DNA of 6,196 nucleotides. Origin: Candidatus Syntropharchaeum caldarium. GTDB lineage: Archaea; Halobacteriota; Syntropharchaeia; Syntropharchaeales; Syntropharchaeaceae. This document shows, one piece after another, positions 1-5,035 of the stretch. The stretch is from positions 1 through 6,196 of the forward strand of contig LYOS01000010.1 in the NCBI GenBank assembly GCA_001766815.1, written 5' to 3'. The position numbers and the translations under genes were made by a program. The number at the start of each line of letters is the position of its first letter. The first letter of the stretch is position 1. The notes beneath the pieces are model-generated. The model worked only from the letters and a program-made list of their open reading frames with translations. It had not been told where the DNA came from and searched no databases.

Positions 1-1
1 A

Positions 2-610
2 AGGTGCAGTAGCGATTCCCTATCAACAATAGAAGGGTTCATCGATCATCTCACCAGAAGATGGCTTTTTATGCCCAGGGCTCTCAAGGAACTCAGAAAG
101 ATCAGGAAGAAGCTTGGTAAGAAACCGATAGATATGAAAAAGCTCGCAAAAAAGATTGCAAAGGCTCTGGATGAGATCGCACCATGCTTTCTTCTCTTTG
201 ATGAGATTGATCTGATAAGAGACAGGGATGAACTTCTCACAATTCTGCAGGAAGTTCTTGAGAGATCTGAGAAGGGTTTGATGATCGCGATAGCAGGAGA
301 CGCCAGGGTTGATAAAGGCATCAGGGTTGAGCTTGAACCGCTGACCTCCAAGGAAGCAGAACTCCTTATCGCAAAGCGGATACTTGCAGCACGAAGTGTC
401 GGCGATAATCTTGATCCAATCTTTCCATTCACAAAGGCTTCCGTAGGTCGTATCTACGATGATGTGGGAGGAAATCCAGGAGAGCTACTCGAGAGGATGA
501 AAGACCTCATCGATTCTGGAGTCAGGAGAAGAGTGATGATGATCGATGAAGAATTCGTTGAGCGTAGATATGAAGAAAGGAAGCGTGCCAGGTCTGGTGG
601 CTGTAAGTAA
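2..610 (+). CDS. AAA+ ATPase, 3' portion (5' end lies outside the window); AAA_22/ExeA- or Orc1/Cdc6-like
   Basis: The frame of the 71..610 ORF stays open back to base 2 (RCSSDSLSTIEGFIDHLTRRWLF precedes M71), so the gene enters from the left edge. The stop is TAA at 608-610. There is a Walker-B-like hhhhDE motif (CFLLFDEIDLI). 'VELEPLTSKEAELLIAKRI' and 'GGNPGELLERMKDL' resemble the lid/helical region of ExeA/AAA_22 and Orc1/Cdc6-type ATPases; this is recognised from memory. Walker A would lie upstream of the window. Confidence 0.75.
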   Translation, partial: RCSSDSLSTIEGFIDHLTRRWLFMPRALKELRKIRKKLGKKPIDMKKLAKKIAKALDEIAPCFLLFDEIDLIRDRDELLTILQEVLERSEKGLMIAIAGDARVDKGIRVELEPLTSKEAELLIAKRILAARSVGDNLDPIFPFTKASVGRIYDDVGGNPGELLERMKDLIDSGVRRRVMMIDEEFVERRYEERKRARSGGCK

Positions 611-641
611 GGTGTAATCACATTGGCTCTAATTTTTGCAG

Positions 642-772
642 ATTGAGGGAAAAACCGTTACTTTAGAGGGAGATGTTGAGGATAAATATCGGTATGGAAG
701 GGTTTTGAGGCGTATTTTATACATTTGTAAACTTGGAAAAAGCTGAAGAGGTACTATCTAAGCATCTGGTGA
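642..772 (+). pseudogene. Decayed fragment of a second SNase-like (thermonuclease) gene
   Basis: 642-719 aligns codon by codon with 1549-1626 of the downstream nuclease gene, at about 54/78 nt by hand count. It encodes IEGKTVTLEGDVEDKYRYGRVLRRI, against IEGRTVRLEKDVEDKDQYGRLLRHI in the intact gene. Relative to the gene it then carries an 8-nt deletion and a ~70-nt deletion: 'acatttgtaaactt' at 721-734 is followed almost directly by 'gaaaaagctgaag' at 736-748, whereas these lie at 1637-1650 and 1721-1733 in the gene. There is no start codon and no N-terminal or catalytic motifs, and an in-frame stop follows the deletion. Confidence 0.6.
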
Positions 773-1151
773 CTATCCCCTACAAAAAGCCAAAACTTCA
801 AAACTGCCTCTTTCTATGCTTCCTCTGCTTTTCAGGGATCGTGTAGAGATCTTCTGAAGATTTTACGGGTAGGATAGCAGTTTTCAAAACCTGATCTCGT
901 AGGATTCCCTGCAAGAGGGACAGATATATCCGCGGTATATTCGAAGCCGTTTGTGTACTCCTCAAAGATTGAGAGAAGATATATCACTATGCGAAAAGCT
1001 TTTAATAGACAGTTGAAAGATACGCTAACACCAAGGGTATGAAAGAGGTGTTCTATTCAATCACCAGAAAATTAGATTGTGCCCTCAAAAGCAATTGCGA
1101 GACAGCCTATTCAAAAGAGTTAGGACTTTAATGTAAAAGGAAGTAAAAAAT

Positions 1152-1433
1152 ATGAAGAATAAGATCATAGCGGGTTTAATAGCAACAATAGCCGTTGTAG
1201 CAGTCGTTGTGGTTTTGGACGTAATATTTGCAGATTCAGATGGTGATGGTTGGAGTGACTTTAAAGAAAAAATACTGGAACATATCCATACAATGTTGAT
1301 ACAGATGCTGATGGGATTTGGGGTCCGCATGATCCAGATCCATCAATTCCATCTTCAACTACATCAACAGAAACACCCGTATCTGCCCCTACACAGGAAT
1401 CAGAAACAACTTCTGCGATCGTATCCAGGGTAA
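1152..1433 (+). CDS. N-terminal fragment of the exported nuclease (signal anchor + Ca-binding-type DxDxDG repeat); meaningful only to ~1271, the rest is out of frame
   Basis: MKNKIIAGLIATIAVVAVVVVLDVIFA has a basic n-region, a hydrophobic h-region and a possible I-F-A cleavage site. It is followed by DSDGDGWSD, a thrombospondin-type-3-like acidic repeat. After the A6 run at 1267-1272 the translation becomes implausible (HIHTMLIQMLMGFGVRMIQIHQFHLQLHQQKH), while another frame continues with a second acidic repeat. Confidence 0.6.
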   Translation: MKNKIIAGLIATIAVVAVVVVLDVIFADSDGDGWSDFKEKILEHIHTMLIQMLMGFGVRMIQIHQFHLQLHQQKHPYLPLHRNQKQLLRSYPG

Positions 1434-1477
1434 TAGACGGCGATACTGTAAAATTACAAAATGGTGAAATAGTTAGA

Positions 1478-2137
1478 TTGCTCGGAATTAATGCGCCAGA
1501 GATGGGGCAACCATACTACGAAGAAGCGACAAATAGGTTAAAGGAATTAATTGAAGGGAGGACCGTACGTTTGGAGAAGGATGTTGAGGATAAGGACCAA
1601 TATGGGAGACTGCTAAGGCATATTTACATTGATGATACATTTGTAAACTTAGAGATGATTAGAGAAGGATACGCTAGCGTTTATATTACCCCTCCAAACA
1701 CGAAATATTCATACGAATTTGAAAAAGCTGAAGAAGAAGCTAAAAATGCTGAGAGAGGAATATGGCAACGATCAGAAGATTTATCTAAATGCATAGGCAT
1801 TCTTTATTTTCATTGGGATGCAGAAGGCAATGACTGCTATAATCTCAATGATGAATATGTCACTTTCAAAAATCCCTGCTCTGAGTCTATTGATATGACG
1901 GGTTGGACAGTTAAAGACGAGGCGAATCATATCTATACCTTTCCAGATTTCAGTCTGGCAGGTGGTGCCACAGTTACGTTGTATACAGGTTCAGGAAGGG
2001 ATACAAAGACAAAGTTATACTGGAATAGCAGCGGTCATACATGCAATGCAATATGGAACAATGCTGGTGATACACTTTATTTAAGGGATGCAGGCGGTAA
2101 CTTGGTGATAAGCTATCACTATAGTGGGTTTGAATAA
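1478..2137 (+). CDS. Thermonuclease (SNase-like) domain + C-terminal lamin-tail domain (LTD); the true coding frame extends upstream to 1265
   Basis: SNase motifs are present: VRLLGINAPE (compare S. aureus FRLLLVDTPE), DQYGRLLRHIY (compare DKYGRGLAYIY), NLEMIREGYA and AERGIW. The C-terminal ~110 aa (ILYFHWDAEGND...EYVTFKNP...IDMTGWTVKD...YTFP...LAGGATVTLYTGSG...IWNNAGDTLYLRDAGGNLV) matches the LTD pattern. The same frame is open back to 1265 (TAA at 1262-1264) and encodes ...NTGTYPYNVDTDADGIWGPHDPDP, an S/T-rich linker, then AIVSRVIDGDTVKLQNGEIVR. The TTG at 1478 therefore lies inside the conserved domain and is not a credible native start. Confidence 0.88.
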   Translation: MLGINAPEMGQPYYEEATNRLKELIEGRTVRLEKDVEDKDQYGRLLRHIYIDDTFVNLEMIREGYASVYITPPNTKYSYEFEKAEEEAKNAERGIWQRSEDLSKCIGILYFHWDAEGNDCYNLNDEYVTFKNPCSESIDMTGWTVKDEANHIYTFPDFSLAGGATVTLYTGSGRDTKTKLYWNSSGHTCNAIWNNAGDTLYLRDAGGNLVISYHYSGFE

Positions 2138-2175
2138 TTTTACCACAACATCCAATATATTTTTCATATATTTTG
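2138..2175 (+). terminator. Oligo-T tracts downstream of the nuclease gene (possible archaeal intrinsic termination signals)
   Basis: TTTT at 2138-2141, TTTTT at 2160-2164 and TTTT at 2171-2174 follow the TAA at 2135-2137. Archaeal RNA polymerase is known to terminate at oligo-T runs. There is no transcript evidence. Confidence 0.3.
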
Positions 2176-2253
2176 TAAAATAACTACAATTTCTACAAAC
2201 TTCTCTTTTGATTTAAGAAAATCTGGTATATATTCGATGAAACTATATATAAC

Positions 2254-2676
2254 ATGGGAAGGCGTGAGATGTTCATGTTTGCGATCATCATACTCCTTGA
2301 TACTGTGGACTGCATCTCAACCCGCTATGCGATAGGTAACAGTCTCGGGCATGAGGTGAACCCTTTTCTTATAGATATCGTTAATACTAATTCGTTCCTC
2401 CTTTTAAAGCCAACCCTGATCACATTTACACTTTTTGCCATCTACAAGACCTCAAATATATTCCATGATGATAATCTGACGTTCTTTGCAGCTACAGAGC
2501 TTATCATTCTCTATGCGCTTGTCTGTATCAACAACATCATGGTTCTCTTTCTTGGGGTTGATCTCAGCCTCTCATTTGCGAAGCTTATCCTGATAACACT
2601 GATATCTCTCGCTCTGGTTCTACTTGTGATGAAGGTGTATCATTCATGCTTCTCTCCATCTTCTCCTTCACACTGA
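2254..2676 (+). CDS. Small polytopic membrane protein, DUF5658-like
   Basis: The 140-aa product has about four hydrophobic segments. The N-terminal pattern 'IIILLDTVDCISTRYAIGNSLGHEVNPFL' (LD..D..T......G..E.NP) resembles the DUF5658 signature as I remember it. The native start may instead be the M at codon 6 or 8 (MFMFAII). Function is unknown. Confidence 0.7.
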   Translation: MGRREMFMFAIIILLDTVDCISTRYAIGNSLGHEVNPFLIDIVNTNSFLLLKPTLITFTLFAIYKTSNIFHDDNLTFFAATELIILYALVCINNIMVLFLGVDLSLSFAKLILITLISLALVLLVMKVYHSCFSPSSPSH

Positions 2677-2734
2677 TGCTCACCTGTTTTTCGATTATGA
2701 GATTACCGGTAATTCCAGTAAACCCAGGAACATC

Positions 2735-3182
2735 TCAATCACCTTTGAAGGCTTCAGCAATCGCTTCCTTCAGCTCTTCCACATTCAGCAGGAGATTCAG
2801 GTCTGGAGAGTATGGAGGGGGGTGAACCAGCCATCTCATCGATGGATCATGTGACTTTCTGTAGTCTTTCTGATAGGGACTGGCGTATCCCATTCCAGAT
2901 GTGTCCAGTCATCTCTCTCCTTCAGAATGGGTTTTAACTCCTCCTTCTGCTCATCGCTTAACTCTGAAGGTCCCTCTCTTCCGTAGTGATGAAGAAAAGC
3001 TTTCTCAGGACTTCTGAAGTGATTTTTCTCCTGCAAATTTCTTCGTTTAACTCCTCCTTTCGGGCTTTCGCCCCATATATTTGTTTTGTCTGAAGCCCGG
3101 GTAGCAGAAGTTGCCAGAGCCCTTTAGCGGTTGAGTTTACAAGTGATAAATAATAGAACGATACCTTAAAAGAAGGTGTCAC
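2735..3182 (-). mobile_element. IS630/Tc1-mariner-like transposase relic (multiple frameshifts, catalytic core deleted)
   Basis: Minus-strand pieces lie in three frames. 3036..2836 gives 'YGREGPSELSDEQKEELKPILKERDDWT', like the GRPxKLSxEQ...WT segment that follows the N-terminal HTH in IS630-type transposases. 2833..2735 gives 'WLVHPPPYSPDLNLLLNVEELKEAIAEAFKGD*'; the family motif is PPYSP(D/E)LNP(I/V)E, and here the NP-I-E part carrying the third catalytic acid is missing. 3182..2958 gives a degenerate N-terminal segment including 'GRKPERRS' in an alternate frame. Only ~450 nt remain, against ~1 kb for an intact gene. No terminal inverted repeats were identified. Confidence 0.6.
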
Positions 3183-3228
3183 ATAAAAAAGAGAGGGAAA
3201 GTCATAAAGCGACCGCTTGCTCTCATAT

Positions 3229-3380
3229 CACTCCCTTTTCATAGAAGAAGAAAGAGGAGTGGGTGTGGGTTGCAAACCAGCAGGAAATCCAATATGTGAC
3301 AAAATATATTGAGGTGAGATTGCTGGCACTTCATGAAGAAGATTCGCCGCACCACTCCTCTCATCTGTAGCTCTTCTTCT
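3229..3380. repeat. Inverted-repeat set able to form two mutually exclusive stem-loops
   Basis: AGAGGAGTGG (3253-3262) is complementary to CACTCCCTTTTC (3229-3240), giving a 12-bp stem with one mismatch, one G-U pair and a 9-nt loop. It is also complementary to CCACTCCTCT (3352-3361). The distal pairing extends through AGAAGAAGAA (3243-3252) and CTCTTCTTCT (3371-3380), with a 9-nt bulge at 3362-3370. Confidence 0.5.
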
Positions 3381-3506
3381 TTAGGTGTAGATAATATCTC
3401 GCCTAACTAAGTTAGGATACGTTCTCAATTACCGAGATATATTAGGAAACGCTCCCAAAACCTAATTTTATTAGGATCATCCTTATTAGCACCTAATAAC
3501 CATCAA
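3381..3506. promoter_or_regulatory. Phased array of CCTAA-N5-TTAGG palindromes plus a putative TATA region upstream of the pilin-like gene
   Basis: Perfect palindromes lie at 3402-3416 (CCTAActaagTTAGG) and 3461-3475 (CCTAAttttaTTAGG). A degenerate copy lies at 3432-3446 (CCGAGatataTTAGG), with half-sites TTAGG at 3381-3385 and CCTAA at 3492-3496. Site starts are spaced 30, 29 and 31 bp. The AT-rich TTATTAG at 3483-3489 lies -34..-28 from the ATG at 3517, a plausible TATA box if the mRNA is leaderless or short-leadered. Confidence 0.5.
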
Positions 3507-3516
3507 ACTTTGATTT

Positions 3517-5031
3517 ATGAGGCCATGTCTGATAGAGGATACAGAGGCAGTGTCTGTAATCATCGGTGTGATGCTTCTGATAATCGTTGTCGTGACCGCT
3601 GTAACAGCGCTTGCTTATATTGTATCAGGTATCCAGGAGGATGCAGCAGAGAAGGCAATGCTTGCGGCTGCAATGGATCGTGAAGAGCTTGATATCCTCG
3701 GGATCACATTGTATGAAGAGGCAATGATCGATGACTTCGAGGGTGTGTATGAGGTTGTTGAGGGGAAAGAGGGGAGTGAGATCGGATACAGGATACTTAA
3801 TACAACACCGGCGTGGAGCTTCTCTGGATGTACCTGGGAGCTGAGAGAACAGCAGGTTGGAGCCGGAAAATACTGTATTCGGGTTAACGGTAGCGGAGGT
3901 ACGCTAACCAGAACCTTCTCTGAAGAGTTTGACCCCGGGACCGTGAGCTTCTGGATAAGGAGTACCGATAACATCACCCTTTCTTTTGGCACAGGTGGTA
4001 ATCAAACCATCTGCAGCACAGGAGGAGTATGGAAAAAAAGAAGCGCTACATCCATCAGCCCTTTCAGCGAGATTACCTTTACATTGAACACCAGTGAAGT
4101 CTTTCTCGACGAGATCAGCTATACTAACCCCAGTTACTGGGGCGGGTGCGAGGTTACAATCAGAAACACGAACATCGATCCCTGCACCCTGAAAGAGATT
4201 GCAATCCAGGTCGGTGAGACGACGCTTTTTGCCAGAGACTACTCTATCTTCTTCAAAGAGGGCAATAAATGGAAGAAGCAGGTGTTCACACCCCGTTACC
4301 CCTATGATATACCACCACAGCAGAGTGTACCTGTAAAGCTAAATTTCCTGAAGAGTTTTGGAGAGCCCCGAAAGGTACAGCGTGGCTATCCGCACTCACT
4401 CGGTGTGATTGCGATAACAGGTTTTGGAAACAACTTTGCAAGATGCTTTGCACCACCTGTTCCGATTGCTCACATAGGTATAGCGAGCGAAGATATCGGT
4501 GTTACATATCGAGACATCCTGATACTTGATGCAACCGATTCCTATGATCCTGATGGGTTTATCACGGAGTATCGGTGGGTGATCAATGGAAGCAGTAATT
4601 TATACAACCGCACAGGGAGGAAACTCAGACTGGGAGTGAACGAGACAGGACCTTTTGAGATAGACCTGATCGTGACCGATGATACAGGAATGGTGAGCAG
4701 ACTCAGCCAGATCTCAGGAAATATTACGATAGCTGAGAATCGTAACTTTAACCCACCTGTGAGTCTGGAGGCTAAATATACTAAAAGCACCCATAACATA
4801 ACCGCATGGGTGAATGATTCATGGGGTAACGGTCTTGAGGGGTATCCTGTCAGGGCCAATGTAGCAGCGAATGATAACGCAAGCAAGCCGGTGAAATTAG
4901 AAAAATGGTCCGATGTCACGGATAGCAATGGAATGGTCACGTTACCGGTGGATTCAGGAAGTGGAAACGGAACCGTCTATATCAGCTGTGACGCGATCTC
5001 GTATGATGTAGCTCTGCGTATAGAGGTGTGA
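3517..5031 (+). CDS. Modular surface protein with archaeal type IV pilin-like (class III) signal peptide, lectin-like beta-jelly-roll region, PKD domain and C-terminal Ig-like domain
   Basis: The N-terminus MRPCLIEDTEA|VSVIIGVMLLIIVVVTAVTALAYIVSG fits the archaeal Pilin_N/DUF1628 pattern (charged residue, then G/A, then a hydrophobic helix; compare ...RAVSPVIGVILMVAITV...). ~3730-4125 reads DDFEG...W.F.G..W...G.Y.IRV...GTLTRTF...GTVSFWIRS...ITF.L....VFLDEISY, a CBM/LamG-like pattern. ~4490-4740 reads ILDATDSYDPDGFITEYRWVINGS...GPFEIDLIVTDDTGM, a PKD signature. ~4750-5028 reads ITAWVNDSWGNGLEGYPV...VTDSNGMVTLPV...GTVYISCDA, which is Big_1/Ig-like. I count about 13 N-x-S/T sequons and 8 Cys. 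There is no C-terminal anchor. Confidence 0.85.
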   Translation: MRPCLIEDTEAVSVIIGVMLLIIVVVTAVTALAYIVSGIQEDAAEKAMLAAAMDREELDILGITLYEEAMIDDFEGVYEVVEGKEGSEIGYRILNTTPAWSFSGCTWELREQQVGAGKYCIRVNGSGGTLTRTFSEEFDPGTVSFWIRSTDNITLSFGTGGNQTICSTGGVWKKRSATSISPFSEITFTLNTSEVFLDEISYTNPSYWGGCEVTIRNTNIDPCTLKEIAIQVGETTLFARDYSIFFKEGNKWKKQVFTPRYPYDIPPQQSVPVKLNFLKSFGEPRKVQRGYPHSLGVIAITGFGNNFARCFAPPVPIAHIGIASEDIGVTYRDILILDATDSYDPDGFITEYRWVINGSSNLYNRTGRKLRLGVNETGPFEIDLIVTDDTGMVSRLSQISGNITIAENRNFNPPVSLEAKYTKSTHNITAWVNDSWGNGLEGYPVRANVAANDNASKPVKLEKWSDVTDSNGMVTLPVDSGSGNGTVYISCDAISYDVALRIEV

Positions 5032-5035
5032 GTGA

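Noticed and set aside
46-432. 128-aa minus-strand ORF
   Set aside because: It lies entirely antisense to the ATPase coding frame. The product is low-complexity and S/R/L/I-rich with no motifs, which is typical of a shadow ORF. The plus-strand frame has clear ATPase motifs.
987-998. Match of an 11-nt string (TATGCGAAAAG) with the MFS gene start region (5417-5427)
   Set aside because: Several 11-mer self-matches are expected by chance in a 6.2-kb window, roughly 6196^2/2/4^11, or about 4-5. There is no extended similarity around it.
775-1000. Possible ~51-codon minus-strand ORF (GTG-initiated; ...IFEEYTNGFEYTADISVPLAGNPTRSGFENCYPTRKIF...) in the spacer
   Set aside because: It has no ATG and no recognisable motif. 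It is short and lies among decayed sequence. It may be another gene relic, but I cannot support a call.
1085-1330. 81-aa minus-strand ORF
   Set aside because: It is antisense to the nuclease gene's 5' end and promoter. The hydrophobic stretch is the reverse-complement image of the signal-anchor codons. There are no supporting motifs.
1272-1433. Distal two-thirds of the 93-aa ORF (HIHTMLIQMLMGFGVRMIQIHQFHLQLHQQKH...)
   Set aside because: This is an out-of-frame read-through after the A6 frameshift. The alternative frame over the same bases encodes a recognisable acidic repeat, an S/T linker and the start of the SNase domain.
2702-2713. Perfect 12-bp palindrome ATTACCGGTAAT just downstream of the DUF5658-like gene
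   Set aside because: It is a single isolated occurrence inside or beside the IS relic's 3' end. It has no partner site and no T-tract to suggest a terminator. A 6-bp-arm palindrome is not improbable in 6 kb.
3263-3370. 35-codon GTG-initiated ORF (MWVANQQEIQYVTKYIEVRLLALHEEDSPHHSSHL) after the SD-like AGAGGAG
   Set aside because: It has only a GTG start 3 nt after the purine tract, which is too close. The product has no recognisable features, and the ORF coincides with the inverted-repeat structure. This cannot be excluded without ribosome profiling or conservation data. The 25-aa ATG ORF at 3333-3410 was rejected likewise.
3381-3500. The ~30-bp periodic repeats as a degenerate CRISPR array
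   Set aside because: The units are contiguous with no unique spacers. Only the 5-15 nt palindromic cores are conserved. There are four copies at most, and no leader or cas genes are present. The array sits in a promoter position.
3381-3506. The repeats as origin-recognition boxes for the Orc1/Cdc6-like ATPase
   Set aside because: The ATPase gene is ~2.8 kb away with several genes and IS relics between. Its assignment to Orc1/Cdc6 rather than ExeA/AAA_22 is uncertain. The boxes do not resemble ORB or mini-ORB consensus as I remember it. The same boxes recur at a fixed distance from a second gene start, which fits promoter function better.
3525-3683. Cys-rich 52-aa alternative-frame ORF (MSDRGYRGSVCNHRCDASDNRCRDRCNSACLYC...) overlapping the pilin gene start
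   Set aside because: It lies in the +2 frame of the strongly supported pilin signal-peptide region. The Cys/Arg richness is the expected by-product of reading GTx/CTG-rich hydrophobic codons out of frame. It has no independent start context.
3615-3992. 125-aa minus-strand ORF; the same applies to 4542..4940 (132 aa) and 4977..5216 (79 aa)
   Set aside because: All are antisense to the pilin-like gene or the HTH relic, with S/L/P-rich low-complexity products. The plus strand carries recognisable domains.
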